DNA of 64,000 nucleotides from Cyanophora paradoxa CCMP329 (Eukaryota; Plantae; Glaucophyta), in NCBI GenBank assembly GCA_004431415.1, contig QPMI01000066.1, forward strand, positions 372,001 through 436,000, in the 5' to 3' direction. A program made the position numbers and the translations under genes. The stretch's first letter is position 1; each line of letters opens with the position of its first letter. The notes beneath the pieces were generated by a model. That model was not told the DNA's origin. It searched no databases and was given only the letters and a program-made list of their open reading frames with translations. Shown in pieces: positions 12,488 to 24,555 of the stretch.

Positions 12488-15235
12488 ATGGCGCCTCCGG
12501 CGATGGCCTCCTTCAGCCCCTCGTCCTCCTTCAGCCCCTCGTCGACCGGGCGGCGCCCCCATGGCCAGTGGCGCGCCGCTCGCTTCTTCGAACCGGACCG
12601 GGACCCGCCGGCGTATTCCCGGTACTCGGACGTCGACGGCGATCTCGAAGAGGCCGGCGGGCCTGGGACGCCCCCCGCCCCGCCGCCCTTGAGCTTGGCC
12701 ATGGAGCCGCACCCGCCGCTGCCGAGGCGGGGCGTCCCCTCGAAGAGTACGGGGGCCCTGCGCGACCGGGACCAGCCGCTGCGGCGCAGCATTGCGGCGC
12801 GCAACATCGCCGGAGTCGTCAAGGACGTTTCGGACCGCGAGGCGGATGCCCACTCCGGCTCGTACTCGGACGGCGAGCGCGTGCGTCCGGACTCGAACCC
12901 GAACCCTTTCCGGTCTCAGAGTCTGAGCTTCTTCGTTCGCCCCAGTCGCAGGGGCGGCGATCCGTCGTCTTCCACCGGTCGACCAGCGAGCGCGGCATCG
13001 GCGCGGGCCCGGGGCGGCCCGGCCAGCGGCCCCGCATCGACTCGGCCTCCCTCTCGGCCACAGCGGCCGCCGCCGCCGCGCTCGCGAACCGCGGCGTGCC
13101 ATCGATATCGACGACGGCGCCGGCTGTGCCCGACCGGGGCCTCGTCAGTCTGGTGTCGAGCCCGCGATACGCCGAGCCGCACCCGCCGCGCACAGCCGAC
13201 CGCGACGCGGACGGGTACCGCTCGCCCCGCGGCCTCCGCTCGACGTCGCAGTCGCGCTCTCGGTCCCCTTCGGATTCGAACTTGACGGACGCGGCGGCGG
13301 CGTCGCCGGCAGCCGCCGGCCCGTCGTCGCACGCGCGCGCGCCGCGCATCGAATGGGACGAGCTGAGCATCCGGCGATCCATCGGGAGCGGGGCCACGGC
13401 CGAAGTCTACGAGGCCGAGTGGCGGGGGCAGCTGGTCCGCGCCTCATTTCGATTAATATTATCACATAGCATGGTAACGCTCGATTTCATCTTGCGCTTA
13501 TCGTGGTATCCTTTGTTTTCGCAGGTGGCTGTGAAGAGGTTCCTGTTCCGCTGCGAAGAGTTCACAGCGCCGGAGGTCGAAAGATTCCGCAATGAGGTGC
13601 GAAATTCGCATTCGGGGGTTGAGATTCGGGAATTCGACCGCCTGAACCGACATTGGGCGCGCCGCGGCGGTTGAACCGTTGAACCGATTAATTTGGGATA
13701 TTGGGAACCGGTACCGCCAACCGAGCTCGAGTCGACGCCGTGTTGGGCGTAGTTTAGTGTCGCCACCCGGGGCGCTAGACCTGCATCGTCAGAACGTGAC
13801 GGCTTCCCGAATCGAATCGAGTCGCTGATGCGTTACTCGAGTCAGAGTTAATCGAGTCAGTGTTGGGCGCTTAATTTGAACACGTTCGGCGCGTGGGGAG
13901 GGGGGCAACCCCCTCCCTGCCTGGCCGGACCTATCCGAGCAAATTGTTTTTTTAATTTGAACACGTTTAAGAAACCAAAGACGTCAGAACGTGGCGGCGT
14001 GCCGAATCGAATAAATGGCTGAGGCGAGATCGCGCGCGCGCGCGCCCTCAGGTTGCGACGCTGGAGCGTGGCCAGGGCCACCCGACCGTGCTGAGGCTTC
14101 TGGCGGTGGGAGACCGGGCGCCCGACCTCTTCATCGTGACCGAGCTGTGCCCCGGCGGCAGGTCCGTTTTGCGCACGCGTGCTTGCTTGCTTGATTGTTT
14201 GCTGGCGATCTAGCCCTCTGTATATATTTCTAGCCCTCTGTATTATGTCTCTTTCTCACCCCGACTTGAACCACGGCAGCCTTTCGGACGCCGCGCGCGC
14301 CCGCGCCGCCCGCGGCGAGCGGACCGGCGCGTGGGAGGCCGCCGGCGCTGGGGCCGCCGTGGCGCGCGCGCTGGCCCACCTCCACTCCCTCGTGCGCCCT
14401 CTTCGAGCGACCTTCAGCGCGATCTTAAACCACTTGGCCGCGGGCAAGCCTGATTTCTCGCGATCGCTTGCTTGTCCACGCAGGAGCCGCGGGTGGTGCA
14501 CCGGGACCTCAAGCCGGAGAACATCTACCTGGCCGGCGACGGCTCGGTCCGCCTGGGAGACTTCGGCTCGTCCACGAGCCTCGAGCTCGAGGCGCCCGCC
14601 GCGGCCGCCGGGCGGCCCCGCGGCATGCGCGGCCGGTCCGTCTCTGCTATCTCTAATATATAGAACCTGACTCGATTCTAACCGACATATATATATATAT
14701 ATATATATAATTATTTAACAATCGACTAACAGGTCGGTGAGCATGAAGCGGCGGATGGGCGACGAGGGCTCCTTCTACTACATCGCCCCCGAGGTCATCC
14801 GTGACGAGCCGGCCGACGAGAAGGTTCTTTGATTTGTTTCTTGAGAGGTCTATTGGATGATAACATTGATTTCTATTAAGGTGGACGTGTACGCACTGGG
14901 CATACTCCTCTACGAGCTCTCGACGGGGCGGGAGCCCTTTGCGGGGAGCGGCATGTCGCCCATCGCGGCGTCGATGGCGGCGGCCGTGGACGGCGCCCGG
15001 CCGGCCTTCGAGGGCGGGGACGACGCGACGCTCGCCCCCGTCATCCGCCTCTGCTGGGACAACGTGCGTCGTTTTTGGCTGTACCCAAATGAAAGCTGAG
15101 CGTCGATCGCAGGACCCGGAGATGCGGCCGACGGCGGCGCAGGCGGCCCGCCTCCTCGAAGACATCGCGCGGGGCGCTGGCGGCGGCGGCGCCGTCGCCG
15201 GTTCCGGCCGGGCGTACCCGCGGGCCACGATGTGA
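12488..15235 (+). CDS. Tyrosine-kinase-like (Raf-like MAP3K-type) Ser/Thr protein kinase, multi-exon
   Basis: Subdomains recovered in order across GT-AG introns: IEWDELSIRRSIGSGATAEVYEAEWRGQL|VAVKRF, FRNE|V, LFIVTELCPGG|SL, VVHRDLKPENIYL, LGDFG, GSFYYIAPEV, K|VDVYALGILLYEL, CWDN|DPEMRPTA. Confidence 0.93.
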
Positions 15236-16036
15236 CGAGGCCGCGCCTGCACTCGGCCCTAGGCCTGAAGAAGCTTCTGTCGAATCTACGCGGCCGTTTT
15301 TGCAGCGACCGGCTCGCGATCGCCTCATCATGGCATATCTTTCAGTATCTGCACCCATTTTTGCCACTTCCTGCATTCTTCTGTGATCATGAGCGTTCGC
15401 CGGTCGCTTGCGACCTCCAACATTGAATCGCTGCCCCTGCTTTCTTAGTTATCCATGTAGTTTCACATCGTTTACATACTGGTCTAATTTCCGCTCTTAG
15501 TTACGACTACATGTACATGCCTAATTTTTGCGTAGGCCTAGGTTCACAGGCCTTATTTTGCATTAGTTCTCCTTCTCTGGCCAGGTCCCCATTTCGGGGA
15601 TAGCGAGCTTTATAAAGACTTCAGATTTACGCTAGATGCAGACATCAGCTGCAGTACCACGTATATATATCCATTTATGTGTCGAGGGCGCGGCGGGCCG
15701 CCGGCGGCTCGGAAAGGGCAGCTGCAGTTTCGGTGCGATTTATAATTGAGTTCAAGCACTCGATCGAATCGCAACACGCTTCAGACCCAAGGCCTGTACA
15801 ATTTAACCTGTAGCCAGCTATTTCTAGCTTCGGTTTTGAAATTTTGCTCCGAAGAATTCGAACCGCTTCAGCAATTTTGCGCGTTCATATGCGTATGCAG
15901 ATGTTAAGTGCGTTTGCAGTATACTTAAGTTGAGCGATAGACGTCGACTGTGTTCTCGACCGAGTCAGACTAACTATAAGCATAGCTAGTGACTAGAGAG
16001 TACCAATGGCTATTCAATTGCAAAGATCTAGAAGAG

Positions 16037-16184
16037 GCCGGCGCTCTCAGCGGGAGCCGCCCTGGACGAGGGCGCGGACCGGAGGCGGGCGTTCTCCGCC
16101 TCGGCGAGCCCCGCGCGGCGCTCCGCCTCGTCGACGAGCCGCTGCAGGCGCGCCGCCTCCGCCGCCGCCAGGCCCCGCGCCGCG
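16037..16184 (-). pseudogene. Frameshifted duplicate of the last coding exon of the WD40 gene (copy of 21389-21531)
   Basis: Near-identical ~145 bp. This copy reads GGCGCGGACCGGAGG where the gene reads GGCACGGAGG, a net 5-nt insertion. Confidence 0.85.
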
Positions 16185-16771
16185 CGCCGCGGGATTTAAT
16201 CTGCTTCGGATTAGGTGGGATTAGATGTAGACGCGATCGAATAGGGGCCGGCTGGATCGTACCATGCACCTCGGTCGTACCGCGGCGAGCCAGGTCACCG
16301 AAGCCTGGCCTGCTATCCCGTAAGCCCAGATGCACATGAACGACAGGGCATCGGGCGGGCTGGCACCAGCGCTGCGCTGTAGCGTCTGTAGGCATCGGCC
16401 ACCTGGGACGAGGGGAACGAGCGCGGCGGGTCGAGGCGCACGGCACTGCAGCCCGGGCCGTAAGTGTGAGGGGCGCGCGGGCGGCCGGTACCGGTGCGGC
16501 GCGGCGCGGCGAGCGGCACCGGAGGAGGGGCGGCGAGGCGGCGAGGGCGGCGAGGCGGCGAGGAGGGCAATGACGCCCGCGGGCGGCAGCTTCCACACGA
16601 AGTCCAGGTGCACCTGGGGGGAGGGGGGCTCAGGCCGCGCTCCGAAGAGCAGGGGGGCGGGGCGGGAAAGAGGGAGGGGGGAAGTGGGAAGAGGGGTGGT
16701 GGGGGAGGGGAGTGGGGGAAAGGGTGGGGTGGGGGGAGAGGGGGAGGGGGCGGGGTGGGCGGTTGGGCGGG

Positions 16772-16803
<32 letters not shown>

Positions 16804-16914
16804 GCGCACATTCTCGGAGGGGCTCCTCTGCACGTGGCGCCGGCGTGGGCTCCTGGCCATGGGTGGCAAGGCGCGCAGACCGACGGTGCAACCGAGGCTG
16901 CAGTAGTCTCCGTA

Positions 16915-17640
16915 TCACGCTTCGCGAAGCGACGCGGCGTACTCCTCCTTGCCTGCGGCGGCGGCGGCGCTGCGTCGGCGGGAGGCGGGCCGGTGGCCGT
17001 GCGGGCGGGTTGAGGGCCCGGCTCACCAGTCGTGACAAGCCTCTGGAGTGCGTCGGTCGAGGGCGCGCGGGCAAGGAACGCAAGGGCAAGGAGCGCACCT
17101 TGCGAAACCTCCGCCGCGCCTAGCCCACCGCCGGCGCCGCGTCGACCTCTATATAGACGGCGGAAGACGGTCGCCAGCTGCGCGGCCGCCGCCGCGCGCG
17201 TCGCCCAAGTCGAAAGGCTAGGGGCGGCGCTCCCGACGATCGCGACAGCGCGCTAGCCGCGGCAGCTGTCCCCGCGTAAGCCATGGCCAGCACCTGGTCC
17301 AACGTGTCAACGCACACCAGGCGGCCGTCGGCGCGCGAATACCACAGCTGCACGTGCGCATGCATATGCATGCAGCGGCGCCGGGTTGAGAATCCGAATT
17401 CGAAGCGCGCGCGCGCGCGCTGCAAGGCCATGGCCACGGCCGCGATCGCGAACGCACAGTAGTTTGCTCTAATTGAGAGCCGTGTGCGTGCTGTGCGGCG
17501 ATTCGCTCGCAGCCAGCCGCCATCTCCTGCGCATGCATGGAAAAGCAGCCAGCAGCCAGCCGGCTGGAAAGCGCTCCTGGACGTCCTGCAGCTGCCGAAC
17601 GCCGCAGCTTGGCGGCGGGAGATCGGCGTGAGCTTCATGT
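16915..17640 (-). CDS. Short or degenerate spliced locus with a PB1-like motif; possible pseudogene
   Basis: GT-AG bounded exons give EMAAGCERIAAQHAHGSQLEQTT|LWYSRADGRLVCVDTLDQ|LATVFRRLY...|RLVTT|GKEEYAASLREA*. Exon-like pieces continue past the TGA towards 16400. Confidence 0.35.
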
Positions 17641-17797
17641 TGTACCCCACTTAAGCTTGCACAAGGGCATATATATAAAGTATTGAAGTGGTGCTGTCAG
17701 TGCTGTGCCCCGAGCACCGCGCATCTGCTCCGCGCATTTTGAGCTCTTCGAAGAGCTGTCAATCTAGCTACCTGTCGACTGCGGGAGCTTGAGCCAA

Positions 17798-20700
17798 ATG
17801 TACATGCATATGTCAGCTGCGCAGCTGCAGCCGCGCCAGCCATTCGAGCGCTTCCGCTTTCGGCAGCCGAGCAATCTCCAACGACGCCACGACATGTACA
17901 TCGACCTTCCGCGGCCGACCGGTACCGCGGCCGCGGCGCCGGCGCCGGCCGCGGCCGGCGCAGCAGCGGCGCCGGCCGCGCATGCCCACGTGCACGTGCA
18001 CGTGCACGAGCTCGAGCTTTGCATCCCGATTCCCGCGAGCAAAGTGGGACTGCTCTTGGGAAAAGGAGGATGGAGGATCAAGGGCATCAAGGCGGAGTTC
18101 CGAGACCGCGCGCGCATCGTCCTCAGAGACGACGTCGACGTCGACGACCCTGCAGCTGCACGCGCAGCTGATCAAGACCGCTCTTCGCCGAATGCGTATA
18201 CGTAAGCAATCTCAGGTCGCCCTGATCATGATCATTGCCAACGATCGCGACCCGCGCGCGGCCGGCAGTACCGGTGCACGTGCACGTGCACGTGGCAAGA
18301 CCGCGGTCATCTCCGGCTCTCCTGAAGCCGTGCAAGCTGCCGCCCGCGCAATCCAGGCCCGCGCGCGCGCGATTATACGTATACGTCTACAAATATTTCA
18401 TATTAATGCTCGTGGCAGGAGAGAATATGCGACGAGTGCCGCGATAAAATTTCCATTCCGGGAGATAAAGTGGCGGCGATCATAGGAAAGGACGGGACGA
18501 CCGTCAAGGACATCAGGCAGATGTCAAATGCGCGGATCAGTCTCGAGCCGCGAGGAAACTCCGGAGCGCAAGACGCAGTCATCTCGGGCTCTCACGAAGC
18601 CGTACAGCATGCCCGTCGCCTAATCCAGGTCTTTGATTTGCGCTATAGATGCTACGTATACAGAAATAAAAATATTCATGATATCGATCAATCACCGCAG
18701 CACATTCTGGTGAACGGGACGGACGGACAAGGGCGCGGCTGCCCTGAGAAGGCTTTAATTTTCCTTTTTCATTTTAGGAATGTTGCATAATAATATATAT
18801 TCCGGGATCCCGTCGCGCAGGCCGTCATCGTTCTCGACATCGACACCGAGGAGCTCTTCTCGGGGCAGCCAAAACGCGTCACTTTCCGCCGCTGCCCACC
18901 GGAGATCGCGCGGATCAATCTGCAATCGAAGGGGCGGCTGCTGTGCGAGGCGCGCCTCGTGGAGCGCCCGTGGCCATCTGCAGATCTAGACGTTCCGACC
19001 GGCTGTGAGAGAGCTAGCGCTGCCGATCGGGAAGTGGCCATTTGCATGGAGCAAATGAGGGAGCGGGCCGCCTGCCTGCGGCTTGCGTCTGCTGCGCCCG
19101 GCGAAGGGCTCGGGAATTTCGTCCTGCGCTCCTTCGTGCCGGACGTCCTTGCGGACTTCCGAGCAACTCTGCACCGCCTCATGGTCGACGAACCCTTCTC
19201 CGGGCGCATCAAGGTGCTTGAATTTCAGCGCAATACATGATTCGGGCACATGTATATTTATATGGGCATTGTCTTGGCGCTTGCGCAGGTTGTGGTCAGG
19301 TTCGGCCACCAGCTCTTCTTCCACCCCGATGCAGAGATGAGTCTCGAGGGGCTCGAACTGTCCCCTTCAAAGTGGTGCAAGAATCCCCTCTCGCGGCCTA
19401 CAAAAGGGGTGCGGGGCTTTTCGAATTCCGAAGGCGCGATTGCGATATTAGATCATCGGATTTTAACAGGCTTTAATTTGCTTCGCTCTTCGCAGATCAT
19501 GCGTTCATTCCCAAATCATGCGTCCAAGGTATGAGAATTTTAATTCGATCGATATCGATATCGCTCAACCTCAACCTAAGCTCCTGCGTGAAGAATTCGA
19601 AATGGAGAGGTTTTTCATTAATTTGTGACGGTCCCGGGTGCCGGCAGGACCAGGTCAGGGGCCTGGAGGAGCACTTGAGGGCCCAGTGCTTTTCTGAGCT
19701 GGAGGATGTGAAGCGTGCGCACTAGGCCGCGTGCAATATTATATACAATTATTCGCCGCCGCCCCTGCGTGCATGCGTTTTTGCGTTTTATGTTTACGAC
19801 CTATATATAATTAAATATAACATTTCTGCAGAGAGTCTCACCCTTCACTACTGGCTTGTCGACGTCGGCGGAAATACGAAGTCGAAGCGCAAGGTGACGC
19901 TGCGCTGGGTGGCGGAGCGCGGCAGGTGGGAGGTCGTGCGCGGCGGCTCCGTGGTATGCAAGGAGTGGGTCGTAGCCTTCGCATCCGGTGCCCGCGATCG
20001 CAATTGCAATTGATTGCTTATCGGCTTGCCGATTATTGAATCAATTACATAACAATAACACAGCATCTGGCTGCCTGGACGCTCGGCTCATTCTGTCGAC
20101 CTGGAAGGAGGGACCCGCCGAGCCCGAGATCATCGAGTTCGTGCGAGAGATCCAGGTGATCGTGCAGATGAGCTCAACAACAATTATTTTTACATCTGCA
20201 GTATCCGATCGAGGAAGCGGCCGCTGCGCATGCACGCGCAGGAGAGCGGATCCGGAGTGCGTGAGAGTGGCTACGGGTCCGGGGTTCCGACGGGTCCCGC
20301 GGAGCTCTTCGTGCCTCCGGAGGGCGCCGGCGGGCGCATCCTGATCGACACGGCCCGCTTCAAGCGCCACCGCCGCTTCGTCTTCGCGTCCGCCATTCAT
20401 ATATGCATATTAATAGTCTAGATCTCGAGCTCGCATTTCTTTCCATATAGTTTTTTGATAATGGGATCTCACTCGTCCCGAGATTCACGGCGCAGGCCTA
20501 GAGAAGCCGACCGCGACGGGGCTCAATTGCAAGCGCCCGTACACGGCGGGCGCAAGGTCTCGATCACGGAGGCGCGGCCCGCCTGGAGCTCGAGCTCGCC
20601 GGACGGGTACGCGTACGGGGAGCCCTCCGGATCCACCGAGATCGCCCTCACTCGGTGCGACGCACCCCCTTCCTTCCACTTTCATTGCCAAGTTGCTCAG

Positions 20701-21032
20701 CGGCTCTGGACCCGCGATCATCGGATGGCGAGCTTCGCTCTAACTTTATTTCATTTTCAGGATGGACTGGCGGGAGACGTTCAAGGGGCGCGGGTGGGAG
20801 GCCGGCGACGGGCAGCGCTGCTACGACTGCGTCACCGGCGACGGGCGGGTGAGCTCTCGTGGCCTGCAGCTGGCCATGGGCCTCAGACCGCCAGCCGCGC
20901 CCGGGGCCTTTCCCCGGCCCTTGCTCCGCTGCCCCTACCGTCCTTATCCAGGCTTCTCAGATCGAGGAGCTGCTGGAGGAGGCGCGGGCGCTCTCACGGG
21001 CCGCCGGGCCACACGGCCTTGACCGCCCCTAG
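17798..21032 (+). CDS. Tandem KH-domain RNA-binding protein with a large unannotated C-terminal domain, multi-exon
   Basis: KH1: LCIPIPASKVGLLLGKGGWRIKGIK...AVISGSPEAVQAAARAIQ. KH2: ISIPGDKVAAIIGKDGTTVKDIRQMSNARISLE...AVISGSHEAVQHARRLIQ. Both GxxG loops are intact. Further exons run to ...EELLEEARALSRAAGPHGLDRP*. Confidence 0.85.
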
Positions 21033-21398
21033 GCGGCTAGGCCTGCAGCTGACGCCGACGGAATTAATCCGAATTCGAATTCGAAATTCGAATGCAAGTA
21101 TGGGCCTCGAGCTCGTGATCCTGTAATCACTGCAATTGATTTATACTCTGAATCAAATGAATATGTACGTATACACCAAATGAAGAAGAAGGAGCTTGAA
21201 GTGGCCGCAGCTGCACAGCGCTAGCCTAACTGAAGCTTGAAACTATGGTCTTTAGCTAGATCTAGAAAATGTGCAGAAATCGAAGCCGCAATGCACTGCG
21301 ACAGAACAGGAGGGAAGCGGGCCCGGCAAGCTGGCCACAGCCATAGCTAGCTCTCTCAGCGGGCGCCGCGGCCGCTCGGGCGAGGCCAGCCGGCGCTC

Positions 21399-24300
21399 TC
21401 AGCGGGAGCCGCCCTGGACGAGGGCACGGAGGCGGGCGTTCTCCGCCTCGGCGAGCCCCGCGCGGCGCTCCGCCTCGTCGACGAGCCGCTGCAGGCGCGC
21501 CACCTCCGCCGCCGCCAGGCCCCGCGCCGCGTCCACCAGCGACCGGCACGCCACCTCCACCGCCTTCTCCTGCGCGAAACGCGTCGGCTCGGCGCGCGTC
21601 CTACGGCCCTGACACGGCCCCGCCGCCCTAATGATAATGTTAGAAGATACTTCGTTAGAATGATGTACGATCGCCCCTCGTCTTGGGCTTCTGAATCTCT
21701 CGGGACAAGACGCCGACGCACCGCGCCCTGGACGCCGGCGCTGTCTGTTAAGATACTAAGTTTTAACATTGTTAAGATCTATGTTATAAGATACTAGTTA
21801 TGTTATAAGATACTATACTATAAGATATAACGATGGTCTTTTAGAACGCACCGCGCCCTGGACGCCGCCGGCGCTGTCGCCGTCGGTGGCGCCCGCCAGG
21901 GCGGGCCCCGCCCGCGTCGCCGCGGCGGCCGCGGCCGCCGCCACCTCCTGCTTCTGCCGCTCCGCCTCGCGCCTCGCCGCCTCCGAATCCTGCGCGCACG
22001 CGTACCCCTGCCGCGTCGGGGACCGCACCCCCTCCCCTGCGCCGGGGACGGGTACCGCGGCGCGACGGAGGGCCTCCTCGGCCTTGCGCTCGGCCACGAC
22101 AGCCCGCCGCTCCGCCGCCGCCGCCCGCCGGTCCGCAGCCTCCGCCCGCCGCTGCCGCCGCCGGGCCCGGTCGGCTCGGCCCCGCCCCGCCCGACCTTCC
22201 TCCCCCCGAGGGGGGCACAGCGAACCTGGGCGCCAGCGAGCTCGTCCTCGGGGTCGGTATCCCAGCCGCGGCCCGCCTGGCCGCCCTGCGGGGGTACAGG
22301 ATCAGGCGTCGCCCGGCGGCGCGGGGGGTACGGGCGCCTTGCCTGCCACGCGGCGCCGGGGACGGGGGAGAGGCTCCCGGACACGTTTGCCTGCGAACGA
22401 AGTGCCCTTGCAATTGAGCGAGAAGCTTGCGCAAAAGCGGCCGCGGCGGGATTCGAACCGGGGGCGTGAGGAGGTGGTACACCCGAATCGACTGGTCGCA
22501 CCCGCCCGAGATCATGTGCTGCCCGTCCTGCGGCAAGAGATAAAAGGGTGGGCGGGGGAGAAGTTAAAAGGGGGTACGTCGCGCGAGGCGCGCACGGTGG
22601 AGAATGCGATGGAGTGGACGTCGTTGGTGTGGCCAGCGAGGCGGCGGACCTGCAAGGGGCACACACGCGTCAGGCCGCCTTCCGCTGGCGCCGTCGGCGT
22701 GGCCGCGCCGGCGGGGCGGGGTGGAGCGGGGCGGAGCGGGGCGGAGGGGGGCGGGGGGGGGGGGGGGGGGGGAGGGGTGGAGGATGGGGTGGAAGGGGGG
22801 AGGGGGGGGGGCGGGGGCGGGGGGGGAGGGGGGAGGCGGACCTCCTTGCCCGTGCGGATGTCCCAGAGGGAGACGACCTGGCCGAGGGGGGGGGTACGTT
22901 ATTGAGAGGGTCGCAAGAAGCAAGCGCCACGCCCTCGCCTTGAACTTCAGCGGGAGCTCTGAAAGCCACTTAAAGCATCAAGGGCGCGTCGGCTCTGGGC
23001 TCGTAAGGCTAGAAGACTCTTGTACCAGGCATGAGCTTTGCCGTTCGCAGGGGGACCTAGGCCGCGAACGAATGCCGCTCTCCCGGCGATCTCTAGGCAA
23101 GGGGACAGGGCGGGGCGGGGCACGGCGGGGCGGGGGGCCGGATCGGGTCCCACCTTGTCGGCGCCGCCGGAGGCGACGACGAGCGAGTCAGGCGAGATCG
23201 CAAGGCACCAGACCGCCACCGATGTGCTCCCCTGCGCGCGCGGGGGGTACACGTTCAGAGGCAAGAGGGGCGGGGGACGGCGGGGGGCCCGGCCGGGCGC
23301 TCGAGAGGAGGGCCTCAAGCATTGAGCTTGGGCTCGAGCTTCATCTTATTCTTCGGACGGACCTTGAAGCGAACGAGCTCCTGGCCCGTCTCGGCGTCCC
23401 ACACCGCGATCGTCTTGTCCTCGCTCCCCGTCACGATCCGAGTCGAGTCCTGTACCCCCCGCGCGGATCAAATCGCTTCACATCGGATTCTTCTCGGTTC
23501 TAGCGCTGGCTGGAGCGCGCGCGTGCGCACCGGGGTGATGGCGACAGCCTTGACCCAGTTCGTGTGCCCGCGGATGACGTAGCGGCCCTCGCCGTCCTCC
23601 ATGTTCCACACCCGCACCGTCTTGTCATCGCTGGTCGACACAGCGAAGGTCCCGTCCTTCGCCGGACACGTTAGAGCGGCGAGATCAAATCTCAGTTCCG
23701 GATTCGAGTGCACCTCGGAGATGGCGACGCTCCGGACCCAGTTCGTGTGGCCCTTGAGCGAGTGCAGCTCCCGCCCCGTCACCGCATCGCGCACGGAGAC
23801 GAGGTTGTCCGCCCCGCCCGAGACGATCCGGCCGCCGTCCTGCGCGCGTGTGCCAGTCTCAGACGGCGCCCCGTGCGCGGGCGCGACGCCTGCTCGCCTT
23901 GGATGCAGCTACTGCGTACACGCTGCCCGTGTGTCCCCGGAGGGACACGAGCTCGTTGCCCTTTGTGACGTCGTACACGTTGACGCGACCGTCGCCGCCG
24001 CCCGAGATAAGGCGCTTCCCGTCAGGCGTGAACGCAACGGACCAGACGGCCTTGCCCTGGTGCGCGCGTGGGCTGGCCCACCGACGCTTGATCTCTGCCG
24101 GGCTGACGTCCCACACGACAACGGTGCCGTCCTTTCCACATGAGGCAATGAACTTATCGTCCGGGGACATCGCCACTGAGTTGACGATGTCGGTGTGGCC
24201 TTCCAGCACCCACCGCACGGCGTTCTCGCCATGCCTTGCTCCCGCATGCGTCGCCCGCGGTTCCGTCATCGGTCCGAGCGGAGCGGCAACGTACGTGTGC

Positions 24301-24490
24301 TCCTACGCGCTCGATCACCTATATAGTGTACTTCTTCTAGCTGGCGCCCTGACTGGTTTGGGACGCAGAAGAGATGCGGCTTCGATCTGAGCGCGTACCC
24401 CCCTCTCAAGATGACGGCGTCACGACGCGAAGCGAAGTTGACGCGAACAACGTCGACCTCCAAGAACTCCGTCCGTGCAGCCCATCTGCA
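21399..24490 (-). CDS. WD40-repeat beta-propeller protein with a C-terminal coiled coil, multi-exon
   Basis: Repeats LEGHTDIVNSVAMSPDDKFIASCGKDGTVVVWD, LKGHTNWVRSVAISE|DGTFAVSTSDDKTVRVWN, IRGHTNWVKAVAITP|DSTRIVTGSEDKTIAVWD and LQGHFVR. Tail AEVARLQRLVDEAERRAGLAEAENARLRALVQGGSR*. Start uncertain. Confidence 0.9.
21717..21878. repeat. Duplicated exon end plus 5' splice site separated by an AT-rich TAAGATA-like array (WD40 intron)
   Basis: CGCACCGCGCCCTGGACGCC(GCC)GGCGCTGTC occurs at 21717 and 21847. Between them are several TGTTA(T)AAGATAC-like units. Confidence 0.8.
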
Positions 24491-24555
24491 TGCGGCGGCG
24501 GAGCTCCGCGGCCGCGCTGACGTCGAGCGCAGGCGTCCCCGCGTCCGCCTTTGTC

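Noticed and set aside
16915-16917. In-frame TGA in the PB1-like locus read as Sec or readthrough
   Set aside because: No redox motif context or SECIS. A normal stop or pseudogenisation is simpler.
22447-22470. Second GGTTCGAATCC (B-box/T-loop) on the minus strand
   Set aside because: The T-stem pairs for only two bases and no other tRNA arms are present. TTCGAA words are abundant here.
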